A DNA stretch of 64,000 nt from Longimicrobiales bacterium (GTDB lineage Bacteria; Gemmatimonadota; Gemmatimonadetes; Longimicrobiales; Gaopeijiaceae): the NCBI GenBank assembly GCA_965218295.1, contig CBDCKN010000003.1:256001-320000 (forward strand), in the 5' to 3' direction. Of this stretch, positions 49,235 through 59,753 are shown piece by piece; the stretch's first letter is position 1, and each line of letters begins with the position of its first letter. The position numbers and the translations under genes were made by a program. The notes below the pieces were generated by a model. That model was not told the origin of the DNA and did no database searches. It worked only from the letters and a program-made list of their open reading frames with translations.

Positions 49235-49944
49235 AGGCCGAGCTCCTGAGCCGACTGGTCGAGGACCGGCGTAGGGAGCGAGCCGTGGTCCTCGCCACGG
49301 ACCTGGACACCGGGGAGCAGCTCCTCCTCTACCCGTTGGAGGCCGGCTCGGAGGTCGGCGATCCCGAAGCCTCGGAGGAGGCCGAGCTAAACCGGGCGGC
49401 CCGCAGTGCACTCCTGAACGACCGCTCCCAGCCGATGGACGGGCCCAGCGGCCCCTTCTTCCTGCAGGTGCACAATCCACCTCACCGCATGGTGGTGGTG
49501 GGCGCGGTACACATCGCCCAGCCGTTGGCCCAGATGGCCAGCCACGCCGGCTTCTCCGTCTCGCTCGTGGATCCCCGCGAGGCCTTCAACACGGAAGCTC
49601 GCTTCCCGGGCGTCGACCGTCTCCTTTCGTGGCCGGATACTGCCCTGGCGGACCTGGAGCTGGACCATCGAACCGCCGTGGTGACCCTCACCCACGACCC
49701 CAAGCTCGATGACCCCGCGCTGGCGACGGCTCTGGGCGGTCCTGCCTTCTACATCGGAGCCCTCGGCAGCCGCAAGACACACGGCCGGCGCCTCGAGCGC
49801 ATGAGGGAGGCCGGGTTCGACGAGGAGGCTCTGTCCAGGATTCGCGGCCCCGTGGGTCTCGACATCGGAGCGCGGACGCCGGGGGAGATCGCCGCGGCCA
49901 TTCTGGCCGAGGTCATCGGAGAGCTGCGGCGGGACGTGACATGA
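49231..49944 (+). CDS. XdhC C-terminal domain protein
   Basis: VGAVHIAQ, THDPKLDD, YIGALGSRK, GPVGLDIGA. Start at MKAELL. Confidence 0.92.
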   Translation: MKAELLSRLVEDRRRERAVVLATDLDTGEQLLLYPLEAGSEVGDPEASEEAELNRAARSALLNDRSQPMDGPSGPFFLQVHNPPHRMVVVGAVHIAQPLAQMASHAGFSVSLVDPREAFNTEARFPGVDRLLSWPDTALADLELDHRTAVVTLTHDPKLDDPALATALGGPAFYIGALGSRKTHGRRLERMREAGFDEEALSRIRGPVGLDIGARTPGEIAAAILAEVIGELRRDVT

Positions 49945-50621
49945 CCGACGATGCGCTGGAGGCGGCGGATCCGACCCCGCCCGCCCCCTCCGGCGTGATC
50001 TGCGTGGTGCTGGCCGCGGGATCCTCCACCCGCATGGGGGGGCGCAACAAGCTGTTAGAGCCCGTCGACGGCGCTCCCATGGTGGCGACCGTGGTACGAG
50101 CCGCTCTCGCCTCCCGCGCCGATGAGGTCGTCGTGGTCACGGGTGAGGACCGTGAGCGGGTAGAGGCGTGCCTCTCCGGGCTCCCGATCCACCTCGTGTG
50201 GAACCCGGACCACGCCCAAGGCCTCAGCACATCCCTCAAGGCCGGTGTCTCGGCCCTCCCCGGCGGTGCACGGGCGGTCGTGGTATGCCTGGGAGACATG
50301 CCCCGAGTGCGTCCCAGTCACATCGACACCCTGGCCCGAGCCTTTCTCGCGGATCCCGATGGCTCCATCTTCGTGCCTACATGGCAAGGGCGGAGAGGCA
50401 ATCCGGTGCTGTGGACCGTGAACCTGCTCCCTGAGATCGGCACCCTCGCGGGTGACGGCGGTGCCAAAGCGCTCATGTCTCGCCACCCGACCGAGGTGCG
50501 CGAGGTCCCGGTGGATGCGCCTGGCATCCTCACCGACGTGGACACACCCGAGGCACTTCGGGAGTTGACCGCGCCCAATGACGCACGATCCCAGAATTCC
50601 GAATGTCCTCCCTCAAGATAG
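49941..50621 (+). CDS. mocA: Molybdenum cofactor cytidylyltransferase (MocA-like)
   Basis: LAAGSSTRMG..NKLL, LGDMP, GNPVLW, DVDTPE. Confidence 0.88.
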   Translation: MTDDALEAADPTPPAPSGVICVVLAAGSSTRMGGRNKLLEPVDGAPMVATVVRAALASRADEVVVVTGEDRERVEACLSGLPIHLVWNPDHAQGLSTSLKAGVSALPGGARAVVVCLGDMPRVRPSHIDTLARAFLADPDGSIFVPTWQGRRGNPVLWTVNLLPEIGTLAGDGGAKALMSRHPTEVREVPVDAPGILTDVDTPEALRELTAPNDARSQNSECPPSR

Positions 50622-51241
50622 AGGAGCGCTTCGAGCTGGACGCGCACCCTGACGAGGTCTGGGCATACCTCACTCAACCTGAGCGCATCGTCGTGTGCCT
50701 ACCGGGAGCCGAGTTCACCGAGGTCATCGACGAGCGGAACTATGCGGGCAGGGTCAAGGTGAAGCTCGGCGCGGTGGCCATGGAATACCAGGGGACGATG
50801 GAGTTCACCGAGGTGGATCCCGAGCAACGGGTCATCCGGATGGAGGGCAAAGGCCAGGAGAGGCGCGGCGGTGGGACGGCCACCCTCTCAATGGAGGGCA
50901 CGGTCCGCGAGTTGGAAGGGGACCGCTCCGAGGTCTCGGTCGTGGCGGACATCCGGCTGGCCGGCAAGATCGTCTCCTTCGGAAGGGGCATGATCCAGGC
51001 GGTCACGGCGGAGGTCTTCAGGGAGTTCACCGAACGCCTGGCCGACGAGCTGGCGGCGAACAGCCCGGCGGCAGGTCCTACCGGAGCGTCTGGAGGTCCT
51101 ACCCTAGTTTCCGGAGGCACCGGAGCGTCTGGCGCACCGCCCGGTATGGCCACCGACGCTAGCTCGGAAGCGGTGCCCCTGCTTCCGCTTCTCTTCCGGT
51201 CCCTCAGATCTTGGCTCCGGCGCCTCTTCGGGCGGGAGTAG
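50603..51241 (+). CDS. coxG: CoxG/SRPBCC protein
   Basis: CLPGA..VKVKLG..GRGMI, located in a cox cluster. Confidence 0.85.
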   Translation: MSSLKIEERFELDAHPDEVWAYLTQPERIVVCLPGAEFTEVIDERNYAGRVKVKLGAVAMEYQGTMEFTEVDPEQRVIRMEGKGQERRGGGTATLSMEGTVRELEGDRSEVSVVADIRLAGKIVSFGRGMIQAVTAEVFREFTERLADELAANSPAAGPTGASGGPTLVSGGTGASGAPPGMATDASSEAVPLLPLLFRSLRSWLRRLFGRE

Positions 51242-52412
51242 GCCGTAAGGTCAGAGCCTTTGCCAGCTCTCTCAGGCTGTTCAGGCTGTGCACAGGTCGG
51301 AAGTCGTCCACGTGCGGAAGGATGGCCCGGATGCCCTGGGCCTCCGGCTGGAACTCCTCATAGCGGAGGAGGGGATTCAGCCAGAGCAGCCGGCGGCAGG
51401 AGCGGTGGAGCCGATCTATGGCCGCTCCGAGTCCCTCCCCCCCTTCCCGGTCCAACCCGTCGGTGATCAGGAGAACCACGGCTCCCTGCCCCAGCACCCT
51501 TCGGGACCAGGAACGGTTGAATGCCTCGATGCAGGCCCCGATGCGCGTGCCGCCGTCCCAGTCCTTCACCACATGGCTCAGGCGCTCCAGCGCCACGTCC
51601 ACGTCGCGATGCCGTAGGTAACGGGTGGCGTTGGTGAGGCGGGTCCCGAACAGGAAGGTGTGCACCCGATCTCTGTCGTTGGTCAGCGCGTGCAGGAAGT
51701 GGAGGAGCATGCGGGTGTATCCGCTCATGGATCCCGAGATGTCGCACAGGGCAACGAGGGTGGGAGGCCTCCGGCGCCGGGCGCGCCACTCCAGCGGTAT
51801 GGTGGCCCCTCCGGCTCTGACCGTCGCGCGGTGCGTGCGTCGCAGGTCCACCTCGGCTCCCGCCGGGTGGGGCCGGCGCCGCCGGGTCGGCAGGTCCCGG
51901 ACCGGGAGCCGCATCCGGGCGATGGTTTCGCGGGCGGCCTCGATCTCCGCGACGGACATGTGCTCGAAGTCCTTCTCCGACAGAGCCTCCCGTTCGGAGT
52001 AGGTCATTCGGAGGTCCACTTCGACACTTTCGCGTTCCGGGCCGGCCCCCGGACCACCCTCGGCCCAGGCTTCGGCTAGACGCCGCGGCTGAGGCGGGCG
52101 CCGGGGCACGGGAACCTTTGACAGAGACAGGAGTTCCTCCAGAACCGAGTTGGAGGGAGGGCGATCCGACCAGAAGAGCTTGAAAGCCTCGTAGAACGTC
52201 GGCCGGTGCTCGCCTCGTCTCACTAGGACGGCGTGAAGGGCCCAGAAGAACTCGTCGGGGCGTGTGACGTCCACAGCGGCCAGAGCCCCCACGGCGTTGA
52301 GCACGTCGCCCGGCCCGGTGGGGAGCCCCGCCCGCCGGAGCAGCCGGGCGAAGTCGGTGACCCTTTCGGTAAGCTGCTCGCCCCAGGCGAGACCATCATC
52401 GCCGGGCGCCAC
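51204..52412 (-). CDS. coxE: CoxE VWA-domain protein
   Basis: DISGSM, FGTRLT, WDGGTRIG, ITDGLD, WLNPL. Confidence 0.92.
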   Translation of the reverse strand: MAPGDDGLAWGEQLTERVTDFARLLRRAGLPTGPGDVLNAVGALAAVDVTRPDEFFWALHAVLVRRGEHRPTFYEAFKLFWSDRPPSNSVLEELLSLSKVPVPRRPPQPRRLAEAWAEGGPGAGPERESVEVDLRMTYSEREALSEKDFEHMSVAEIEAARETIARMRLPVRDLPTRRRRPHPAGAEVDLRRTHRATVRAGGATIPLEWRARRRRPPTLVALCDISGSMSGYTRMLLHFLHALTNDRDRVHTFLFGTRLTNATRYLRHRDVDVALERLSHVVKDWDGGTRIGACIEAFNRSWSRRVLGQGAVVLLITDGLDREGGEGLGAAIDRLHRSCRRLLWLNPLLRYEEFQPEAQGIRAILPHVDDFRPVHSLNSLRELAKALTLRPTPARRGAGAKI

Positions 52413-52431
52413 CCCATGGGACGACGTCCTC

Positions 52432-53340
52432 CTAGACAACTTCCTGTAGGATGGCCAGGGCCGGCTCGCCGCGCACCCGCGCCAGGTCGTCCTCGTACTT
52501 GAGAAGCACACCTAGCGTATCGTTCACCACGTCGCCGTCCAGGCTCGACCGTCCCAGGGTTAACAGCGCCCGGGTCCAGTCGATGGACTCGGCGAGACCG
52601 GGCACCTTGAAGAGATCCTCCTGCCGCAGCCGCTGGACGAAGCCCACCACCTGACGGGTGAACTCCTCCCCCGCCTCGGGCACCCGAACCGCGACGATCT
52701 CCGTCTCACGATCCCTGGTCGGGTAGTCGATCCAGTGGTAGAAGCACCGGCGCTTGAGCGCATCGTGGATCTCGCGCGTCCGGTTTGAGGTGATGATCAC
52801 CACCGGAGGCTCCTTCGCCTTGATGGTCCCCACCTCCGGCACGGTGATCTGGAAGTCGGAGAGGAGCTCGAGGAGAAACGCCTCGAAGGGTTCGTCAGTG
52901 CGGTCCAGCTCGTCGATGAGGAGGACGGGTGGCCCCTCCGGACGTGGCGCCAGAGCTTCCAGGAGGGGCCTGTGGATCAGGAACTCGTCCGAGAAGACGT
53001 CGGACTCGAGACGGGCCCGATCCGTGACCCCCGCCGCCTCGGCGATCCGGATCTCGATCATCTGGCGAGCGTAGTTCCACTCGTAGACGGCGGACGATAT
53101 GTCCAGACCCTCATAGCACTGGAGGCGGATCAGGCGCCGCCGCAGTCCGGAGGCCAGGACCTTCCCGACCTCGGTCTTACCTACGCCGGCCTCTCCCTCC
53201 AGGAAGAGCGGCCTCCCCAGACGCAGAGACAGGTAGACGGCCGTCGCGAGAGACCGGTCCGCTACGTAGCGCTCCTCCTGGAGGAGCTCGAGGGTCTCAT
53301 CGACCGAATCCGGGATCGATACGCGCTCTTCTATGCGCAC
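52432..53340 (-). CDS. coxD: CoxD/MoxR AAA+ ATPase
   Basis: [29 protein letters not shown]. Confidence 0.93.
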   Translation of the reverse strand: MRIEERVSIPDSVDETLELLQEERYVADRSLATAVYLSLRLGRPLFLEGEAGVGKTEVGKVLASGLRRRLIRLQCYEGLDISSAVYEWNYARQMIEIRIAEAAGVTDRARLESDVFSDEFLIHRPLLEALAPRPEGPPVLLIDELDRTDEPFEAFLLELLSDFQITVPEVGTIKAKEPPVVIITSNRTREIHDALKRRCFYHWIDYPTRDRETEIVAVRVPEAGEEFTRQVVGFVQRLRQEDLFKVPGLAESIDWTRALLTLGRSSLDGDVVNDTLGVLLKYEDDLARVRGEPALAILQEVV

Positions 53341-54125
53341 GCCTCCACGGCACGGCGGGCCATAACGGACACCAGATGCGCCCGGTACTCCGCGCTGGCG
53401 TCCGTGTCCGAGACCAGATCGTCCTGCTCCACGCCGATGCCGTCGAGGGCTCCCGGCGCGAAGTCGGACGCCAGGGCGTCTTCCATGGCCTCCACGCGGA
53501 AGACCTTGTACCCGGCGCCGGACACCGCCACCCGGACGCCGTCGCCACCCTGGGCCACCATGACACCGGTGATGGCGTACTTGGAGGCCGGGTTTGGGAA
53601 CTTGGCGTAGGCGGCCCTCTCCGGAACGGGGAAGTGGACCGACGTGATGATCTCGTCGTCTTCGAGCGGAGTCTCGAACATGCCCACGAAGAAGTCGCCG
53701 GCGGCGATCTCACGCCGATCGGTCACGACCGTGGCCCCCAGCGCGACCAGGGCGGCCGGATAGTCGGCCCCCGGATCACTGTGTGCCACCGAGCCACCCA
53801 GCGTGCCTCGGTTCCGCACCTGCGGGTCTCCGATCCCTCCCGCCAGGTCGGCGAGAGCCGGGATGGCGTCCCGCACTTCGGCGGAGCCGTTCACCTCGGC
53901 GTGGGTCATGGCGGCCCCGATCACCAGCGTATCGCCGTCCCGCTGGATTCCCCGAAGCTCGTCGAGCCCGGCCAGCGACACCACGTCGCTGGGCGCCGCC
54001 ATGTCCAGCTTCATGATGGGGAGCAGGCTCTGGCCCCCGGCCATGAACTTGCCGTCGTCGGTCCCGCGCACGGCGCTCTGTGCCTCGGCCAACGTGCTCG
54101 GGCGATGGAACGTGAAGTCATCCAT
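53331..54125 (-). CDS. coxM: FAD subunit of a xanthine/CO dehydrogenase-family enzyme
   Basis: [24 protein letters not shown]. Confidence 0.93.
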   Translation of the reverse strand: MDDFTFHRPSTLAEAQSAVRGTDDGKFMAGGQSLLPIMKLDMAAPSDVVSLAGLDELRGIQRDGDTLVIGAAMTHAEVNGSAEVRDAIPALADLAGGIGDPQVRNRGTLGGSVAHSDPGADYPAALVALGATVVTDRREIAAGDFFVGMFETPLEDDEIITSVHFPVPERAAYAKFPNPASKYAITGVMVAQGGDGVRVAVSGAGYKVFRVEAMEDALASDFAPGALDGIGVEQDDLVSDTDASAEYRAHLVSVMARRAVEACA

Positions 54126-54135
54126 GCTCTCCTCC

Positions 54136-56505
54136 TCAGCTCGTGGCCTGCGCGTCCCGGATGGTGCGCCAAACGCGCTCCGGGGTCGCGGGCATGTCCA
54201 TGTGCTCTACGCCGAGATGCGCCAGGGCGTCTACGACGGCGTTCATGACGGCTGGGGGGATTCCGATCGAGCCGACTTCCCCAACGCCCTTCACCCCCAA
54301 CGGATTGTGGGTGCAGTGCGTGATGTTGTGGCCGGTCTTGAAGAACGGCAGGTCGGCGGCACGGGGCATGCAGTAGTTCATGTACGACCCGGTCAACAGC
54401 TGGCCGCTCTCGTCGTACTTGCAGCACTCCAGCAGGGCCTGCCCGATGCCGTGCGCGAGCCCTCCGTGCATCTGGCCCTCGACGATCATGGGGTTGATGA
54501 TGCGCCCCACGTCGTCGGCGCAGGAGACCGCCACCAGTTCGACTTCTCCCGTTTCGGGACTGATCTCGACTTCGGCCACGTGGGCGCCAGCGGGATACGT
54601 GAAGTTCTTGGGATCGTAGAAGGCCGTCTCATCCAGCCCGGGCTCCAGATCCTCCGGGTAGTTGTGCGGCACGTAGGCCGCCAGCGACACGTCACCGAGG
54701 CCCAGCGACTTGTCCGTGCCCGCAACCGTGAAGCGGCCGTCCTCGAAGACGACGTCGGCCTCGGAGGCCTCCATGAGGTGCGCCGCGATCTTGGTGCCCT
54801 TGGCAATGATCTTCTGCACGGCCTGGTGGAGCGCCGAGCCGCCGACGGCCAGGGAGCGCGAGCCGTAGGTGCCCATGCCGAAGGGGATCTTGCCGGTGTC
54901 GCCATGAACGATCTCGACCTGGTCGAACGCCACGCCCAGGCCCTCGGCCACGATCTGGGCGAACGCGGTCTCGTGACCCTGGCCGGTGGAGTGTGATCCC
55001 GTGTAGACCGTGACACTCCCGGTGGGGTGCACCCGCACCTGCCCCACCTCGAAGAGGCCGGCGCGCGCTCCCAGCGCACCCGCCATGGCAGACGGAGCGG
55101 CGCCGCACGCCTCCAGGAACGTCGAGAGGCCGATCCCCCTGAGCTTGCCCCTGGATTTGGCCTCCTCCCGGCGAGCCTCGAAGCCTGCCCAGTCGGAGAG
55201 ATCGAGCACCAGGTCCAGCGTACCGTCGTAGTCCCCCGAGTCGTACTCGAGAGCCACCGGCGTCTGATAAGGGAATTGATCCGGCTGAATGAAGTTCTTT
55301 CGCCGGATCTCCACCGGATCCATCCCCAGCTTGCGCGCGGCCGCGTCCACGAGTCGCTCCAGCATGAAGGCGGCCTCCGGGCGTCCGGCTCCCCGGACTG
55401 CGTCCACCGGGACGGTGTTGGTGAAGATGGCCTTCACTTCCGAGTAGATAGCAGGTGTGGTGTAGCAACCCGCGAAGACGGGCGAGTGCATCCAGGTCGG
55501 CACCGCCGCCCCGAACGTGGAGATGTAGGCGCCGAGATTGGCGAGCGTGCTCACCCTGAGCGCCAGGAAGCGCCCCTCCTCGTCCAGGGCCAGCTCGGCG
55601 TGCGTCACGTGGTCGCGCCCGTGCGCATCGGACATGAACGACTCCGAGCGCTCGGCCGTCCACTTCACGGGGCGACCGAGCTTGATGGACGACCACATGG
55701 CGATGATCTCTTCCGCGGAGTGGAAGATCTTGGAGCCGAAGGCCCCGCCCACGTCCGGTGCCACCACGCGCAGCTTGTGCTCGGGAATCTGCAGCACGAA
55801 CGCTCCCATTAGCAGCCGGATTACGTGCGGATTCTGGCTCGTCGTGTAGAGCGTGTGGTCGCCCTGCACCGGGTCGTAGTCGCCGATCGCCGCACGAGGC
55901 TCGATGGCGTTGGGAATCAGGCGGTTGTTCACGATGTCGAGTGACACGACGTGCGCCGCCCCCTCGAGGGCGGCGCCGGTCGCCGCCTTGTCGCCCAGCT
56001 CCCAGTCGAAGCAGACGTTCCCCTCGGCGTCGTCCCAGATCTGGGGCGCCCCAGGGACGACGGCCTGGGCTAGGGAAGCCACCGCGGGAAGGCTCTCGTA
56101 GTCGACGTCCACGAGGCCGCCGGCCTCCTTGGCCTGGGCCTTCGTCTCGGCGATAACCACCGCCACGATGTCTCCAACGTGGCGGACCCGCTCCACGGCC
56201 AGCGCCGGATGGGGCGGCTCCACCATGGGTGAGCCGTCCTTGTTGTGGAGGCCCCAACCGCACGGCACGCCACCGACTCCGTCGGCGGCCATATCGGCCC
56301 CGGTGAACACGGCCACCACGCCCGGGGCGGCCGCGGCCGCCGAGGTGTCGATGCCGGAGATGTTGGCGTGCGCCTCCGGAGAGCGCACGAGGTAGGCGTA
56401 CGTCTGCCCGGGCCGATTGATGTCGTCCAGGTACCGGCCCCTTCCCGTGAGGAAGCGGGCGTCTTCCGTCCGCCGTACGGCGGCTCCGATTCCGTTCTCC
56501 GCCAT
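54136..56505 (-). CDS. coxL: Molybdopterin large subunit, form II CoxL-like
   Basis: [35 protein letters not shown]. Lacks the form I AYxCSFR motif. Confidence 0.92.
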   Translation of the reverse strand: MAENGIGAAVRRTEDARFLTGRGRYLDDINRPGQTYAYLVRSPEAHANISGIDTSAAAAAPGVVAVFTGADMAADGVGGVPCGWGLHNKDGSPMVEPPHPALAVERVRHVGDIVAVVIAETKAQAKEAGGLVDVDYESLPAVASLAQAVVPGAPQIWDDAEGNVCFDWELGDKAATGAALEGAAHVVSLDIVNNRLIPNAIEPRAAIGDYDPVQGDHTLYTTSQNPHVIRLLMGAFVLQIPEHKLRVVAPDVGGAFGSKIFHSAEEIIAMWSSIKLGRPVKWTAERSESFMSDAHGRDHVTHAELALDEEGRFLALRVSTLANLGAYISTFGAAVPTWMHSPVFAGCYTTPAIYSEVKAIFTNTVPVDAVRGAGRPEAAFMLERLVDAAARKLGMDPVEIRRKNFIQPDQFPYQTPVALEYDSGDYDGTLDLVLDLSDWAGFEARREEAKSRGKLRGIGLSTFLEACGAAPSAMAGALGARAGLFEVGQVRVHPTGSVTVYTGSHSTGQGHETAFAQIVAEGLGVAFDQVEIVHGDTGKIPFGMGTYGSRSLAVGGSALHQAVQKIIAKGTKIAAHLMEASEADVVFEDGRFTVAGTDKSLGLGDVSLAAYVPHNYPEDLEPGLDETAFYDPKNFTYPAGAHVAEVEISPETGEVELVAVSCADDVGRIINPMIVEGQMHGGLAHGIGQALLECCKYDESGQLLTGSYMNYCMPRAADLPFFKTGHNITHCTHNPLGVKGVGEVGSIGIPPAVMNAVVDALAHLGVEHMDMPATPERVWRTIRDAQATS

Positions 56506-56508
56506 GTC

Positions 56509-56976
56509 TCAGCCCCCCATCTCGGAGGCCGCAGCCTGAACGGCCTTCACGATGTTGTGGTATCCGGTGCAGCGGCAGAGGTTGCCCTCGAGCCACTCCC
56601 GCACCTCGCCTTCGGTCGGGTCGGGATTTCTGCTCACCAGGTCGAGGCTGCTCATCACCATGCCCGGGGTGCAAAAGCCGCACTGGAGGCCGTGATGCTC
56701 CTTGAAGGCCTCCTGCATGGGGTGGAACGCTCCGTTCGTCGCGAGCCCTTCGATGGTCGCGACCTCGGCGCCTTCGGCCTCGACGGCCAACATGGTGCAG
56801 CTCTTCACCGACCTGCCCCCGACGTGGACCACGCAAGCCCCGCACTGGCTCGTGTCGCACCCCACGTGGGTGCCGGTCAGGGTCAGGGTCTCACGGAGAA
56901 AGTCCACGAGAAGGGTGCGCGCTTCGACTTCATGTGAGACCGCTTGGCCGTTTACCTGCATCGACACGACTGGCAT
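56509..56976 (-). CDS. coxS: 2Fe-2S small subunit
   Basis: [26 protein letters not shown]. Confidence 0.95.
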   Translation of the reverse strand: MPVVSMQVNGQAVSHEVEARTLLVDFLRETLTLTGTHVGCDTSQCGACVVHVGGRSVKSCTMLAVEAEGAEVATIEGLATNGAFHPMQEAFKEHHGLQCGFCTPGMVMSSLDLVSRNPDPTEGEVREWLEGNLCRCTGYHNIVKAVQAAASEMGG

Positions 56977-57129
56977 GAACGACTCCCTTGTAGGGGAGGA
57001 GGTTCACGGCCGGTCCCGAGGAATCCGGCCGCGAAGGGAATGCGGTCAGGATGGGGCGCAGAAAACCTCCGGTCAAGCGACGCTGAGGCCACTCATGCGA
57101 GTCGCGTAGAAGCTGGGGCCGCCGCCCGG

Positions 57130-58596
57130 TCAGGCCGTGGCGGAGCGGCTGGTGCCTCCGCTGAGGAAGATGGCGTGTAGCGCGCTCAGGAGCTCTTCGG
57201 CGACGAACGGCTTCTGAAGGAACGGAATCTCGTAGCGCTGACAGAGTAGCATCTCCTCCTCGTCCAGCGTGGCTCCGCTCATGACCACCGCCCGGACGTT
57301 CTCGAATTCCTTGATGAGCTCCACCGCCAGACCCACGCCCTCTCCGTCCGGAAGGATGTGATCGAAAAGCAGAATGTCGGGCACCGCCTCCATGACCCTC
57401 CGGCGGGCGCCTTCCGACGACGGCGTGATCATGACCTTGTGCCCCTCGCTGGTCAGGACCCGCTCGATCCAGCCGAGGAGGGCCTCGTTGTCGTCTACGG
57501 CGAGGACGGTCACTGCCGCCATCTCCGGGCGGGGCTTCCCGCCCGTGGCCACCAGGGTGAGCTGGTCGCCCTCTTCCTGGAGGTCCACGGCGACGATGGC
57601 GCCCGGTGCCACGTCGCCGTCGGCCACCATGGCGGCCAGTGGTTGCGTGAGGTGCCGATGGATGGTGCGACGGAGCTCGTGGGCACCGTATTCCATGCTC
57701 GTCCCCTTGTCGAGCATGAAGAAGCGGGCCGCGGGTGCCACCTCGATCTCGAAGGAGCGGCTTCCCAGACGACTCTAGACGTGACGCTGCAAGTCCATCA
57801 CGTGCTGGTCCAGGATCGCCACCAGCGAATCGTTCCCCAGAGGACGGTACGTGATGACCGCGTCGATCCGGTTGACGAACTCCGGCGAGAAGTGACGCTG
57901 AACGGCCCGCAGGCCCACCCGCTCCAGGTGTGCCGAGAGTTCGGGGCCGGGCCGCCGCGGCCTGGTGTCGAAGCCCAGTCCCGGCTGGATCTCCGACATC
58001 ATGTCGCGGGCACCCAGGTTGCTCGTCAGGAAGATGAGCGCCTTCTCGAAGTCCACCTCCGAGCCGTCGCCCAGCCTCAGGGTGGCTTTGTCGAGCACAC
58101 CGAGAAGCAGCTGGGCAAGCGAGGGAGCGGCCTTCTCGATCTCGTCGAAGAGGACCAGTGAAAGATCGGACTGCTCGCTGGCCGCCGAGTCCAGGATGTG
58201 CTGGGTGAGCCGGGGCTCCGTCTGGGCGTGCCCCACATACCCAGGAGGTGCGCCGATGAGCTTGGCCACCTCGTGCTCGTTCTGAAACTCGCCACAGTCG
58301 ATCTTGACGATGCTCCGAATATCCCCGTGGAGCACCTCGGCGAGGGCCTCGACCGTCCGGGTCTTGCCAGTCCCCGTAGGTCCGAGCAGGAGAAACACTC
58401 CCACGGGCCGACCTTCGGGGGCGAGTCCCGACTGATGAAGCTGGATGCTCGGAACGATGTGCTCCAGGGCGTGGGCCTGGCCGACGACTTTGCTCGACAA
58501 CAGCCCGATCAGCTCGTCGGTCCGGCTTGGAGGTGCCATCTCGTCGCCTGGCATCACATCAACCGGCTCGGTCACGTCATCACTGGTCCCGCTCAA
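57130..58596 (-). pseudogene. Clp-type AAA+ D2 module fused to a receiver domain, split by an in-frame TAG at 57775-57777
   Basis: GPTGTGKT, FDEIEKA, FSPEFVNRID; then QRHV*SRLGSRSFEIEV in frame into YGAHELRR and a REC domain (AVDD..FDHILPDG..MSG..KP). Confidence 0.8.
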
Positions 58597-58640
58597 TTCA
58601 GGCCTCCATCAACGGATCGGCCTTGCGCGACGGACCGGCC

Positions 58641-59516
58641 TCACACGCCCGCGCTCGAGGCTTCCGCCGCGGCACCCGTCTCCACAGCGGCGCCGACGAG
58701 GTTGCCCCACTCGGTCCACGAGCCGTCGTAGTTCTTGATGCTGTCGTATCCCAACAGGTACTTCAGCACGAACCACGAGTGGCTGCTGCGCTCACCGATC
58801 CGGCAGTACGTGATAATGGGCCGCTCTCCCGTGATGCCACGGGCGCCGTAAACCGCGGCCAGCTCGTCCCGTGACTTGAACGTACCGTCGTCGTCGTTGA
58901 CCGCCATGCCCCACGGGATGTTCGACGCACCGGGGATGTGTCCCCCGCGCTGGCAGGTCTCGGGGAGTCCGGGAGGGGCCAGAATCTCTCCGCTGAACTC
59001 GGCAGGGCTCCTTACGTCCACGAGCTCGACCGCGCTGTCGCTGACCTGCGCCTTCACCTCCGGCAGGAACGCCCGGAGGTTGAGGTCGGCATCGGCGGCC
59101 TGGTAGCTCGTGGGCGACACGGAGGGCACCTCCGTCGTCATGTCCCGACCCTCCGCCTCCCACTTCTTGCGACCGCCGTCCATGAGGCGCACGTCCTCAT
59201 GGCCGTAGACCTTGAGCTGCCAGAAGGCCCAGGCCGCGAACCAGTTGTTGCTGTCGCCATACAGCACGACCGTGGATTCGGGGTCGATGCCGGACTCGGA
59301 CATCAGCGCTTCCATGTCCCCCTTGGACAGGATATCCCGCCGGACCTGATCGGCGAGCTGCGTCTTCCAGCTCCAGCCGATGGCGCCGGGCAGGTGCCCT
59401 TGGTCGTAGAGCTCCGTATCGACGTTCACCTCGACGGCGCTGACCTCCGGGTCGCTGGAGTGCTCACTCACCCAGTCGGTAGTGACGAGAACCTCGGGAT
59501 GGACGTGATCGGACAT
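58641..59516 (-). CDS. Thiosulfate sulfurtransferase (tandem rhodanese)
   Basis: GHLPGA, YCRIGERS, YDGSWTEW. Start at MSDHVH. Confidence 0.95.
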   Translation of the reverse strand: MSDHVHPEVLVTTDWVSEHSSDPEVSAVEVNVDTELYDQGHLPGAIGWSWKTQLADQVRRDILSKGDMEALMSESGIDPESTVVLYGDSNNWFAAWAFWQLKVYGHEDVRLMDGGRKKWEAEGRDMTTEVPSVSPTSYQAADADLNLRAFLPEVKAQVSDSAVELVDVRSPAEFSGEILAPPGLPETCQRGGHIPGASNIPWGMAVNDDDGTFKSRDELAAVYGARGITGERPIITYCRIGERSSHSWFVLKYLLGYDSIKNYDGSWTEWGNLVGAAVETGAAAEASSAGV

Positions 59517-59753
59517 GATTGGCCTCCTTGGGAAAGAGCCGGCGGGTAAAAAGCCCGGAGACACTCCGGGCCACCTCCACAGCGAAAACCTGTGAACGAT
59601 CGGATTCGTTCCGATCATATGCAGAGCTCTGTGAAAAGGAAACCGGAATAGCGGGACGGGGGGCTCAAGCCGTCGCCCCCCCGGGGGGGGGGGGGGGGGA
59701 ACGGGCCGAGGGGAGATCAGATCAGGTGGGTCAGTGAGTGAAGACGGCTTCCA

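Noticed and set aside
57775..57777. Pyrrolysine or stop-codon recoding
   Set aside because: No pyl genes are in the window and many other genes end in TAG normally.
59676..59700. C7/G17 run as a G4, phase-variable tract or terminator
   Set aside because: A long homopolymer in an intergenic GC hairpin is a typical sequencing artefact and cannot be trusted without reads. No U-tract is present.
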